Origin: Octopus vulgaris
Lineage: Eukaryota
Assembly (NCBI GenBank): GCA_951406725.2
Contig: OX597833.1
Location: 37,076,001-37,140,000 of the forward strand
Length of the DNA stretch: 64,000 nucleotides
Direction: 5' to 3'
In this document: piece by piece, positions 1 to 12,395 of the stretch
Layout: every line of letters begins with the position of its first letter
Position numbering within the stretch: position 1 is the first letter of the stretch
Notes under the pieces: generated by a model
Database searches by the model: none
The model's input: the letters and a program-made list of their open reading frames with translations, nothing else
Told to the model about the DNA's origin: nothing
Program-made: the position numbers and the translations under genes

Positions 1-162
1 GTAGGAGTGGCTGTGTGGTAAGTAGCTTGCTTACGAACCACATGGTTCTGGGTTCAGTCCCACTACGTGGCACCTTGGGCAAGTGTCTTCTGCTATAGCC
101 TCAGGCCGACCAAAGCCTTGTGAGTGGATTTAGTAGACAGAAACTGAAAGCAGCCCATCGTA

Positions 163-193
<31 letters not shown>

Positions 194-400
194 TTGTGTC
201 TGTGTTTGTTCCCCCAACATCGCTTGACACCCGATGCTGGTGTGTTTACATCCCCATAACTTAGCAGTTTGGCAAAAGAGATCGATAGAATAAGTACTAG
301 GTTTACAAAGAATAAGTCCTGGGGTTGATTTGCTTGACTAAAGGCGGTGCTCCAGCATGGCTACAGTCAAATGACTGAAACAAGTAAAAGAGTAAAAGAG
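1..400 (+). mobile_element. tRNA-derived SINE (octopus-type), near full length
   Basis: tRNA-like head with A/B-box-like motifs (TGGCTGTGTGGTAAG...GGTTCAGTCCC), internal (TA)n, 3' end ATGACTGAAACAAGTAAAAGAGTAAAAGAG; homologous copies at 6473, 19683 (-) and 28948. Confidence 0.85.
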
Positions 401-1957
401 ACATGAAATTCATACCTAGGAATCGATATCTCAGATATATGTAGAAACATGTACATGTAATCAACTTAGCTATATTAAACCTATTTGGACAGGTAAAAAT
501 CAACAACAAACATTTACAATGTACACCAGTAATCAATATATTTTGTGAGGAAGTTTAATCCAGATGTATGTCATAGATAAATTCTTTCGCTTTTTACACT
601 GATCTAATGGCATTTCATTAAAATCTCTAGTTTCTAACAGGATTGGGAGTAGAGAAAATATTATACACATTTAAGAGTTAACATATTACCAAAATTCTTC
701 TGAGAGCTTATTTACAGAAGAGGATCAAAAGTTTCTAATTTGTATCTTACTAACACTCAGGTTATACTGATAAATTTAGAGTCCACTTTTTTCAGAATTG
801 ATCCACTTGAATATTAAGTAAACAAAATATGTTTCAACTAGCAGGACCCATTAATATTTCACAGAATTAATGGTAAACGTATTGGGTTATTTCTGAAAAC
901 TTTATCCAAAAAACCTGAGGGTGTAGCCTGTGTTGTGTCTGTATCGAAAGGTAGTTGCTCATCTGCTACTCATTGAAAAGTGAATGAAATTGGAATACGA
1001 TGATTACTTAATGCACTTTATATATATACTTTATATAATTTATGCACAATTTTATAGATTAATACACAGCACTCATAAAATAAATATTTACTCTTATTTT
1101 TCCATTTTCCCCATAAACAAATATAAAAAATATCATGTGCATATGATGCAACTTTTAGTTAAATTACATATATATGCCACATAAATAAGCATGAATATTT
1201 CACAGAATTGCACTTATGCACATGCGTTAAGTGATTGGTGATATAAGAAAACTTAGTTCTTAAAAAATAACTACTTTTCACTATCCAGCCACCTCCATCT
1301 CCACCACCATCATCTCTTTCCTTCCTCTTCTCCCCCTCTCCTCTCTCTCTGTCTCTTTCTCTCTCTCTTTCTTTCTTTCTTTAACCTCACCATCAGAACG
1401 TCATCACTCTGCTAAAATTATATTTTTAACTCTCTTCCTGTACCTTCAACTAACATTTTTGACCATGTAATAAATATTATGTTCTCCCTACCTCACATCA
1501 TGGTTGCTTTTCTCCCTCTTTTTCTTTCTCTTTTTGTCTCTCCTTCTTCTTTCTCCTCTCTTTCCCTTCAAATAAACACACGAAAGCATTACAATTACAT
1601 TCCCTCTATCTCATGTCATGGATGCTTCTTTCTCCCTCTCTCTTTTTCTCTTTCCCTCTTTTTCCCTCTTTTTCTTTCGTCATGTGAAAGTGTTACTGAT
1701 GGGCTAAGTAATGCAATGACAAGCAGAATTATTATAAGATTGTTCTTAAAACACATGCACACACACACACATTCTTAAAACCGTTTTTCTTCTGAAAAGA
1801 TGTGTCAGTAAGTCACTAGGGTGATTAGGAGCACCACAATTAGCTTAAAATATATCAAGCTATTCACTGATTATGGTAAGTCCCAAATCTTTGATCAGTT
1901 CACTGATCCCACCTCTACAGCTATATAGTCATTAGATAGATATTGTATTGATACCAC

Positions 1958-1993
<36 letters not shown>

Positions 1994-2026
1994 ATATATA
2001 TATGTGTGTGTGTGTATATATATATA

Positions 2027-2538
2027 CCGTAAATCTTCTAGTATAATCCGCATTTTTTCCCCAACATTTAAAGGTCAAAATCCCTAGTGCGTACTATATA
2101 CGAGGTTAAAAATGAAAATTATTTTCTAAGCAATGTCCGAGTCTCTATTTGCTGTCCGGCAATATTTATATAGACACATCTTGTGATGCCGGGTGCGAAA
2201 ATACCTTAAGCTAAGCCTGAAAGCAATGAAGTCATAAAAGAATCATCCATAACTTGCAGTAAGCAACATTTATTAAACGTTATTACTGTTATTTCTTTAT
2301 TTTCTGCAAACAAAATGCACAAAAAAGCTACGCGTTTGCATTATGTTATATTTACAATAATAATAAAGGACGTTACCGTATACATTTTTACAAACCAAGG
2401 ATGTTATATAGACCTCCTTGACTCAAGTTAGAGAAGGGGTGCGTATTATATACAAGGTTTAGGTTTTTCAGAGGTACAGCCCCCTAAAAATTCCCTGCGT
2501 ATTATACTCAAGAGCAGACTATACTCGAGGATTTACGG
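2027..2538. mobile_element. Non-autonomous Tc1/mariner-superfamily MITE (Tc2/pogo-like CCGTA termini)
   Basis: Left TIR CCGTAAATCTTCTAGTATAATCCGC matches reverse complement of right end (CCGTAAATCCTCGAGTATAGTCTGC); TA on both sides within (TA)n; subterminal TGCGTA..TATA.AC.AGG repeats; no ORF. Confidence 0.85.
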
Positions 2539-3189
2539 TATATATATATATAAGAACAGTTCCCACATATCACTTTTATATATGAAACCTCTTTCTTGAC
2601 TTCCTTAATTTCACTGACCATCTCCACCTTGACTGACTCTTGCAGTTACCTCAACTCCATCTTCTCTCACACTTCTTCCTCTTCTCCTTGTTCCTTTACT
2701 GTGTCTGCAGTTGAAGCCAAAGCTTTGTGACTTGGGGTCAACACACATTCAAGTGATTTACTGGCATACCTATTCACCTACACTGTACCATGCTGCTCTC
2801 ACATCCTGCCATTACTCCCCAATAAACTGCCTCCTTTCTGCTGACCTAACATTCCACCTTTTAGCTGACCATCCTTCATCTCCAAACTAGAACTTATCAC
2901 TTTCAGCTTTTGCTTTCTTTAACTTCTCCCCACCCACTGTGCACTATGCAGATTCTTACTCTGCCATGGTCCTCAACACCATACTTGTCCATTATTCTTA
3001 GCACCTCAACAGCTGAGCTTTACTCAGCTGGGACTCTTTCTAGTATCATCTATAGGCTTCAGTGCTTCTTCTTATTGGTCGGATATGTTGCTGACTAACA
3101 GACAAATTTGACAAACAATTTATGAATTGGCTATGAGTTACCACACTTGTTACACTGTCCACTCAACCAGCACCTAAATGTTGGGTATA

Positions 3190-3360
3190 GTCATCTTCAT
3201 CATCATTTACATATGTTTTCCATGTTGGCATGAGATAGATGTCTTGACAGGAACTGGCAAGTCAGAAGGCTGCAGCAAGCCCTGCTGTCTATTTTGGCAT
3301 GGTTTCTAAAGCTGGACGTTCCTCCTAATGCCAACCACTTTACAGAGTGTACTGGGTACT
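3190..3360 (-). mobile_element. RTE LINE 3' end / RTE-tailed SINE fragment
   Basis: (CAT)n tail followed by TTTCCATGTTGGCATG...TTCCTCCTAATGCCAACCACT, same motif as at 4568 and 47067. Confidence 0.6.
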
Positions 3361-3550
3361 AAAAGAAAGTATGTGTATGTGTGTGTGTGTTTTTATATTT
3401 ATATATATATGTATATACATATATATATATACACACACGTACTTGGAAATGGATGTGTGGCATTCAATTAAGTAATAATAATAAATAATATATGTGTGTG
3501 TGTGTTTGTGTATATGTATATACTTTATTTAAAAGCAGCAGAAATTTAAC

Positions 3551-3597
3551 AAAAGCTGTTACTCAGAGTTTCACGTTCCCGTTCGTCGGACAGTTTT
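3551..3597 (-). ncRNA. Minimal type-I hammerhead ribozyme motif (U4C core variant)
   Basis: Minus strand reads AAAACTGT-CCGACGA-AC GGGAAC GT-GAAA-CTCTGAG-TA-ACAGCTTTT: stem I, core, 2-bp stem II, GAAA, near-palindromic stem III, GUA triplet. Confidence 0.6.
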
Positions 3598-3662
3598 GCT
3601 AAAATAGAACCAAGGTGTATCGATTATACTAGTCTTGATCAAATTGTCATCTCGGTTCTATT

Positions 3663-3719
3663 TTAACAAAACTGTTCGATGAACAGGAACGTGAAACTCT
3701 GAGTAACAGCTTTTGTTAA
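3663..3719 (+). ncRNA. Minimal type-I hammerhead motif, degenerate core
   Basis: TTAACAAAACTGT-TCGATGA-AC AGGAAC GT-GAAA-CTCTGAG-TA-ACAGCTTTTGTTAA; long stem I with one bulge; C3 is T in this copy. Confidence 0.55.
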
Positions 3720-3815
3720 ATTTCTGCTGCTTTTAAATAAAGCATATTACTCTACCTCTGGTATTTGAGTACTCTTTTTTCCACCTTGTTTCACATTTAT
3801 GTCTTTACTCCGGTA

Positions 3816-3871
<56 letters not shown>

Positions 3872-4191
3872 GAAATGAGGTAATCAGAAGATCGGATGGT
3901 TCATATTTACAGATATTTATTTATATATTACATTTTTTACATATATATATCATATCATTCAGATCATATATTCAGCTCATTAGCTTTCTCCCATTCTAGT
4001 GGGGTTTTCAAATCAAAATAATTCCTTTGTGGGGAATTTTAATCATTTTATAGAGTTTCGTAGTGGTGGGGAGGAACAAGACAGCACAAGAGGGTGAAGT
4101 GGATGAGGAGGAAGTGAGAGAGAGAACATGTGTGTGTGTGTGCGTTTGTATCTGAGGCTAAAGAGATCTTTAGCCGACGGTTCCATTCTAG

Positions 4192-4267
4192 CAAAAACTG
4201 TCCAATGAACGGCAACGGGAAACTCAAAGTAACAGGTTTTGTTGAGTTTTCTGCTGCTTTAAATAAA

Positions 4268-4268
<1 letters not shown>
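4192..4268 (+). repeat. Third, decayed copy of the 3.5-kb hammerhead-bearing repeat
   Basis: CAAAAACTGT-CCAATGA-ACGGCAACGG-GAAA-CTCAAAG-TA-ACAGGTTTTG...CTGCTGCTTTAAATAAAG aligns to 3667-3742; G5 mutated. Confidence 0.65.
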
Positions 4269-4301
<33 letters not shown>

Positions 4302-4567
4302 TGGGGGTAACGGGGTAACATTACCCCATTTGGAAACAGTTGAGGGTTAGTATCAAGAAGGGTACCCTGTCATAGAAAACCTGTTACACAAACCTGCACA
4401 AGTGTATATACATTGTTTTTTCAAACCCATCACTCATCACCTTGGGCAGTGTCATCTACTATACCCTCAGGCTGACTAAAGGCTTGTGAGTGAATTTGTT
4501 AGGTAGAAATTCTGTTGTGTGTATATGTGTGTGTGTAAGGGCTTGTGTCCCTGAAACAAGGGGATTA

Positions 4568-4872
4568 TCATCATCATCATCATCATTTAACGTCAGCTTT
4601 CCATGCTGGCATGAGTTGGATGGTTTGACTGAGGACTGGCAAGCCAGAAGGCTACACCAGGCTCCAGTCTGATCTGGCAAAGTTTCTACAGTTGGATGCA
4701 CTTCCTAACGCCAGCCACTCCTAGAGTGTACTGGGTGCTTTTTATGTAGGCCAGTCAGGCAGTACTGGCATTGACCACACTCGAATGGTGCTTTTTACGT
4801 GCCACTGGCACAGGACCAGTCAGGCGGCACTGGCATCGACCATGTTTGTATGGTGCATTTTACATGCCACCG
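4568..4872 (-). mobile_element. RTE LINE 3' UTR with (GAT)n tail
   Basis: (ATC)n-TTTAACGTC...TTTCCATGCTGGCATG...CTTCCTAACGCC; same 3' end as the RTE copy at 47067 that adjoins RTE coding remnants. Confidence 0.7.
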
Positions 4873-6092
4873 AGATATATATATATATATATATATTTAC
4901 ACACATGCACACATGATGCTCATTTATATCTGTTGCATGATGTTAACACATGCACTCATATGCATAGGTGTATGAGTTTGTGCATATGTCTACTTGTTTT
5001 GACATCGTGTGATACTTGTAATGGAGCATTACTGTCGTCAAGCAGGTTCTCTTATATCCAGTCTTTTCTGAAGACCTGTCCAACCATGGTGAAAATATTA
5101 CCTACTTTGAAACAGGAATGGCATCTGAACACAGAAAGTCTACCACAAAATTTTCATCTGATCCATGGAGGCATGATGAAGTGGACCTTAAGCCAATGTG
5201 TGTGCGCACACATGTGCATGCCTTAGCTTGAGTGAAATGGTGTATGATCTTTACATACTTTATTCACATTATGACTGGGTGCTCTGCACTTTGAAGGAAA
5301 CTGTATTTAGTGTTAGCAGTAGTCTGTGCAATAAGCAGTAATATCCTACCTCAAATATGTCTCGGTCTAACCCATACTATCATGGAAAAATGAACTTTAA
5401 ATAAATGAATGCGCGCACACACACACTCTCATTAGACATAGACATTCTCACAGGGTGAATAAAAGTTCATTTACTATTGATATAAGCTGGCTTGTAATGA
5501 GAGGTCTGTTGTGCTTCTTATTTGTATTGTCTCTTGTTCCCTCTCTCCCGCTTTCACATGGCCCACCTCATCACTCTTCATGAATCTTCACTACATTCAT
5601 TGTCTAACCCACCACCATCATTGATTGCCACAGTAAAAGGATGCAAAGATAGTTCATGGACTGCTCTGTCGTTCATACTGCCAACTGCCTCGCCCCCCAC
5701 CCACTAAAATTGAATTAGCTTACCTGGACAGTTGAATTGTAGTTCTGTCAAACTCTGCCATTTTTAGGACAATGAATTCTCTCGCATATTTTGATAATGA
5801 TGTGTTTTTTTTTTTAATTTACAAAACAATATTTATCAACAGATATTTTCATCATAGCAAAGATAGTATTAAGAATATACAAGAAACAACATACAATATA
5901 AAATATAAATTTCATATATCATTCAAATGAAAGGGACTTCTGAATCATCATTTACATATATGCATACACACATACATAAATTCTTACACACTGAGGGTTT
6001 TAAAAGTCTATTTAGTGTTAATATAAACTGGCTAGCAACTAGTCATTTGAACTTCATTTTAACATGTCATTTACCACCCATATGTATCGCTT

Positions 6093-6139
<47 letters not shown>

Positions 6140-6192
6140 TTCTAACACTCTCTCTCCCTCCCTATATGCATGTGTGTATGTATGTATGTATG

Positions 6193-6249
<57 letters not shown>

Positions 6250-6462
6250 CTAATCCAAACATGAAAACACAAAGAGAAAACACAACAACGCAAGGATGTG
6301 GAACAAATATAGTATTATTGGACGCTCAGGAAGGAAGGGAAGAAGGAGGGTTTAACGTTTCGAGCGGAGCTCTTCGTCAAAAACATAGGAAAAGTAAAGA
6401 TCCAGAGAAGGGAAGACGGAGGGAAAAAAATCACCAACGGTACACACGCGGTCACATTTTGA
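6250..6462 (-). mobile_element. Short Penelope-like repeat carrying a minimal hammerhead motif (6346-6390)
   Basis: Minus strand GTTT-TTGACGA-A-GAGC TCC GCTC-GAAA-CG-TT-AAAC; flanked by (TA)n; partial second copy at 16573-16672. Confidence 0.6.
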
Positions 6463-6472
6463 ATATATATAT

Positions 6473-6635
6473 AGGTGTATGAGTGGCCGTATGGTAAGAA
6501 GCTTGCTTCCCAACTACATGGTTCCAGGTTCAGTCCCACTGTGTGGCTCCTTGGGCAAGTGTCTTTTACTATAGCCTGAGGCTGACCAAAGCCTTGTGAG
6601 TGGATTTGATTGACGGAAACTGAAAGAAACCTGTC

Positions 6636-6671
<36 letters not shown>

Positions 6672-6862
6672 GAATTTGTGTATCTGTATTTGTCCCACAT
6701 CATTGCTTGACAACTGATGTTTGTGTGTTTACAGTCCCTGTAGCTTAGTGGTTTGGCAAAACAGACCAATAGAATAAGTCCTGGGGTTGATTTGTTCAAC
6801 TAAAGGTGATACTCCAGCATGATCGTAGTCAAAAGACTGAAACAAGTAAAAGAATAAAAGAA
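6473..6862 (+). mobile_element. tRNA-derived SINE, same family as 1-400
   Basis: Colinear with 1-400 including tRNA-like head, internal (TA)n and GTAAAAGAATAAAAG tail. Confidence 0.85.
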
Positions 6863-7654
6863 TATATCTACATTTCAATTACTGTAGTCTCCAGACAATA
6901 ACCCATATAACTTTTGGGGCTTATTTTAAATTGCAATTAAAAGAAACGAAATATTTCCAATTGGGATGTTTTTAACCCTGTTCTCTGTTTAATCCTCAAC
7001 ACTAACCCAAAAATCTAAGCTTTAATTTTGGCCTAAAATACTAATCTATCCCTGACCCAAAACCCTAACCTGATTTTTCATAGAATCATAATCTTCTGTT
7101 TAAAACAGAATTCTGAAAAAATTATTCAGTAAGCAATTAATTGGGAATGTTACAGTCAGGTACATCCTCTCTAATGGAGAGGAGTAAGTATGGAAAAAAG
7201 TTTGAATTTTTCAAAATTGCTTTATTTGCAAATTGTTATCTCTGATGGTCAAAACATGGAAATCCCCTACAGTTTTTGAAGGACATGTATACATACACCC
7301 TGGAGTAGTTGATAGCTTCTTTGGGGTAGAAAGCAGTTCCTGTAGACACATCTTCATTGTGCAACTGTTGATCCACTACAATATTAATCCACTGAGTTGA
7401 TGTGCATATGGGGTGAAAGTGTGCATGTGTGTGTGTGTGTGCATGCATGCTAGAGAGTGAGACAGAGACAGAGAGAATGCAAAAGAGAGCCAAGTATGGA
7501 GTTAGATGTGGTTATTTGTCTTATAACTGGGACAAAGCTACTACCTGTGCCTGAGAATTCAGCAAAGTAGTTTATTTAACACTATTTCCAGTGTGTATGT
7601 TCATATATGTGTGTGCAAATATTTAAGAGTTTTATACATAGATGCATGACAGCA

Positions 7655-7706
<52 letters not shown>

Positions 7707-8387
7707 ATATATATATAGGAAAAAGAATCTGAAATGCAGGAGTCTCTAAAAGTATTTATTAACTTAACCGTTTCACTTATTTAAAAAGATTTTCAAATGT
7801 AAAGTATGAAGCTTTGTGTATCCTCTGTGGTGTCAAAAATTCTTTGTGTGTCCTCTATGATGAGTCAAAAAATAGTTTACATAAAAACATTCAGATCAGG
7901 TAATAAAATTTTTTACTATGATAAGAAGAGAAAAATTAGTTTACATAAATATATCAAAATCAAGTAATAGAGTCTTTGACAAGAAGATGAAACATGTCTG
8001 GTTTTTCAATCAGTGGATGTTAAAGTTTTAGTCTCACTGTAATCAGAAACCATAATTGTTTGCAGCAGATTAAATTGAAAAGAAGGTGAGTAGAGAAATA
8101 ACAAACCATTTGTAGTTCTCGGATCTGGCTGTAGAGTCACACATTTGGATGGAATTCAACAGTTTCCACTATTTTATAGAGAAATGGTGGCTCAAAATTC
8201 CCTTCTTTTTAAGAAACAATATGGTTAGTTGATGGCACATAATCAAAAGATGGTTCTGTTTCTAAAAATAGGTGGCTTAGAATTACTTTCTCTTTAAAAA
8301 CAGTGTGGGTGGTTGATGGATCTCAGGAATTTTACCTGTCCTAGATATATTTATATGTATTTATATATATATATATATATATATATG

Positions 8388-8620
8388 TGAATGTAGTGGT
8401 GTTAGATTAGTTGTCAGGTTGTTGCACTCATGATCATAAGATTGTGGTTTTGATTCCTAGACCAGGTAATGCATTATGTTCTTGAGCAAAATACTTCCTT
8501 TTACATGATTCCAGTTCACGCAGCTGGCAAAACTAAGTAATCCTGTTATGGAGTTGCTTCCCATCCATGGTGGGTGGGGGGTAGGTTAATACATACACCA
8601 CAGAATCTAGGAAACTAGGA
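8388..8620 (+). mobile_element. Older tRNA-derived SINE, second family; related copy at ~14620-14860
   Basis: tRNA-like head (GTGGTTTTGATTCCTAGACC) followed by TTCTTGAGCAAAATACTT...CAGCTGGCAAAA body; similar decayed sequence at 14630-14780. Confidence 0.5.
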
Positions 8621-9121
8621 AGGATCTTTAATCCATTTGTGCATGTATGTGCATCTTTGTTCATGCATACATGTAGACATACATGAAGCAAGTTGGTTAA
8701 ATGTCCACCTAGAACTACTGTTTCATTACTCAACCACAACTATTTGTCAGATTTTGGTGTTATTCTATGAATTTTAATATCATTCTCCACTCTCACTTTG
8801 AAACTTGTGTTAAGGTAACAAACATACACACAGATATACAAACATACACACACACATGCATACAAACATACATAAACACATATACTGCTAAAATTGGCTT
8901 CTCAAAGCATGTTAACTACACAAACCTATTAAAGTAGCGCATAAAAATTTCTACTCCCACTTTGTGTTGTGAGGAGATAGTCACCTTGCATTAATGGGAA
9001 TATCCAGAGGGCACAACTTGTTGTGTGTGTGTGTATATATACACACACATACTCACTCACACACACACACACACACACACATACAGAGAGAGGAAAGAGG
9101 GAAAGAGATAGTTAAATTCTA

Positions 9122-9395
9122 TATGGTCATCCCATAAATAATCTGGTTTTTCCAATTGCTTGAACTAAAAGTTGGATGGGGATGGGATAAACTACCTGCA
9201 TCAACTTGCTATAAAAAGCAGGTAGTAATTTTACCTTGTTCTTATATTTAGTGCAAGTTTTGAAGAGTGCAGTTTGATTTTAACAGTTATTTTTTCAAAG
9301 CTATACTGGAAGTAACAAAGGAATATATTTGGCATATTTTGTTTTATGAGTTCAATAAAGGCAACAAGGCGAGGAATATTAATGCAGTATATCAG
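9122..9395 (+). mobile_element. Mariner 5' fragment (TIR plus start of transposase)
   Basis: TIR-like TATGGTCATCCCATAAATAA; decayed N-terminus EVTKEYIWHILFYEFNKGN; complementary TIR type at ~12380. Confidence 0.6.
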
Positions 9396-9419
9396 CTAAC
9401 TAATCCAATTGTGATACCA

Positions 9420-9775
9420 CTTCCATAATGGCTACACATGTCTCCTGGTCATAAAAATTATGAAAAAGTGACAATGTGCACCCCTGCTGACTTCCAGCAG
9501 CCACTTTAAAAGTTTCACCTTAGCATCATTTACCCAAACCCACCATTCATATAGTGATTTCATGGTAACCAGAAGTTGTCCGTTAATCCCAAACTCCTTC
9601 AAAGCCCTCCACAACATGTCCTGCAGAATGCAGTCATATGTCTTTTCAAGGTCTACAAAGCAAGCATACACCTCTTGGCAATATTCCTCCAATTTCTCAT
9701 GTACAGTGAATATTTGGTTGATTGCACTGCATCCAGGATGAAAGCCACTTTTTTCTTGATCAAACAATCCTACTA
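9420..9775 (-). pseudogene. Non-LTR (RTE-type) reverse transcriptase fragment
   Basis: ORF 9432-9767 with SGFHPGCSAINQIFT and YACFVDLEKTYD, LINE RT motifs. Confidence 0.8.
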
Positions 9776-11379
9776 AGAGCTAGACTGTTTCATGGGGCCA
9801 GGAACAATAAAGACTGGACTCAGACTCATCATTCAGGGCATATTGTGTGTGTATGTGTGCATGTTCAGAATACATTTGATATGCCTTCCAACATTACAGA
9901 TAGTGTATGCATGTGAAGTGTTGTTTCCAATCTTTCATGTAAATAAGTCTGGTCTTGGGGAGATATTACCTTACTTGGAAACAGGTGAAAGTTGGCAACA
10001 GGAAGGGCATCTGGTCATAAAAATATGTCTCAGTACATTCTTTCCCAAACATGTGTACATGGAAAAGTGGATCAACACACATCCATATGCAAACCATATA
10101 TGCACATAATAAACACAGACACATATTTTGACTAATAATACAAACCCCCAATGTGTGAATGCCCTCACTGCTGCTATCCCCCTACAAAATATAAATAAAT
10201 GTGTATATGCCTATATATGCGAGTAATGCCCACATGTACACGAACACATACATCCATATATCAATTGAATATCCAATTTCATACATGCATATTTGTAAGC
10301 ACACACACTGTTAAACTCAAGTTAACTTAAGCAAACACACAGATTGTCACTATCTACACATCTCTACAGATCCATAGATATATTTGCAGGCACACACACA
10401 CACACACACACAACATCAACATTAGCCACAACACTACCTTCACTAATTTATATACTCGCCAAATCAAAGCCCACACGTGTACACATATATACTTACTAAC
10501 ACATGAATACACCCTATAGACTTAGCCCATGCACAAATACACAACAAAAGACATGCATTTATTGAGCAATTTCTCAATCCTTAAACATATACTTTAATGA
10601 CCATCCTGTAACACACACATGCCCCCTCCCACACTTAACTCCAAGGACTGTGATATATCTTTTTCCAAAGCTTCTCTTTATCCCATTTTTTAAATTTATC
10701 TATTTATTTCAGATTACTTTTTCTGTCTTTCTGCATACATGTCTGACAACAATGCTTACAACCAATTTTACTCTAAAACTAGCACACTCATATATACACT
10801 CATAAATACATACTCACCTGTATTCCCATACATATATGCACATCCATAATAAACACCCACCCTGTATATACCTACACAAACTCACACTAACCAACACAGC
10901 ATAAAATACCACTATGGAACTAAAATAAACACACACATACAAACACACAAGCATTAGAACCAACCATAAGCCAAAATACTGTCATTGGTCAAAATTAACC
11001 AAAACATACCAACACACACACACACGTACATGTTTGTGTGATTGCTCACATTAAAATATGAAGCACCAGACAGATCTAACTAATTAGCATGTTGTGGACA
11101 TGTATAAATGCACACGTAATATGCTTCTGGTGATCTGAGTCTAGTCATTATTGTCACTTGATTCATTAAGCTAATATGAGCTCTACATATGGCCTTTTGC
11201 TCTTTATAAAGATATTTCCTCAATCCAACACGTGTATTGAATCCTCATTTGGCTATATTTTTCTCAGCTCCATACTGGCCTTATTCCACACATATGCATA
11301 CAAACATATATATCAATTAATTCCATAAGTAATGTTTGAAATTTAATATCTGTAAGTCTGACCATGTGCCGTTGTCAAG

Positions 11380-12395
11380 TAGTAATTTATGAATTAGCCA
11401 TTATGCTAAAGATGGACATGTCCATGGGCCATTTCTGAGTTCACAGAATGCAATAATGCAGCAGAAGTAATTCGAAATATTCATGATGTTTATGGGAAAA
11501 AACTATTAAAATGAAAGAACTGGTTGAAAAAAGTTTGAAAGGTTTAGGAAAGGTGAGTCAGCTTAACAAGATGTCCCATGAATAGGTGCTCCTGTTCAGT
11601 TTAACAAGGACCTGCTTTTGTCATAACTTAATTGAAATAGTGTTATATTTGAAGAATTAGCCCGGAAGTTGAATTCAAGTCATTCAACAATTCACCAGTA
11701 TCTACAATACCCTGAAAAGGTGCTTAAACTGGGAAAATAGGTTCCCTTTAATTTCACAACCATGCAGCTCAAGTTGACATTTGTACTTTTCTACTCTCAT
11801 GTACACTTGTCACCATTTTTGGACAGTTTATTATGAAAAAGGGATCTTTTATAAGAATGTTAAGTGATGCAAACAATGGCTTTGTGAAGGTGAAATGGCT
11901 AAACAACAACTCCAAAAGACCTCCATCTAAGAAAGTGTTGGTCAGAGTTTGATGAAATTATATTGGTGTGATTCACTTTAAGCTGTTACTAAACAATTAC
12001 ATGCTCTGAAGGTAAAGAGGCCTATGTCGGTGAAACACAAATCCATCAAGATAACTCAGTCTCTAACAGCAAAGATTACATGTGAAAAGATGGAAAACCT
12101 CATCCAGGAAAATATTCTACAACCTTCTTACTCACTGATTACTGCCTATTTTGGAGTTTATACAATCACCTTGATGGAGAAGTTCTTAAAACATATGAAA
12201 AAGTGGAATCTACCCTCTCCAAATTTCTTTTTGGCAAACCCCACAAAATTTTACGCAAATAGCATAAAGAAGCATATGCTTGCTGCAAGGAGGACATTGA
12301 TAATCATATTGTGTTAATGAATTTTAATAAAATATGAAATTTAGAGATCTTTTCTTTCTTACCAAATATTCAGACAATTTTTATGGGATGAGTTT
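11380..12395 (+). mobile_element. Decayed mariner transposon
   Basis: Frameshifted remnants of the WVP, EK.IFY and PSYS(PDL) motifs; right TIR-like TTTATGGGATGA at ~12380. Confidence 0.65.

Larger units (their letters stand above)
3523..3793. repeat. Palindromic Penelope-like (inverted pseudo-LTR type) element with a hammerhead motif on each strand
   Basis: About 90-bp inverted arms (3523-3611 and 3654-3742), short spacer, 3' extension to ~3793, inserted in (TA)n. Confidence 0.75.

Noticed and set aside
1-75. tRNA-like sequence (also at 6473 and 8388)
   Set aside because: SINE heads continuous with SINE bodies; no complete cloverleaf.
9122-12395. One 3.3-kb mariner defined by complementary TIR-like ends
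   Set aside because: Both parts seem to contain their own transposase N-terminal region, so two separate decayed copies are more likely.
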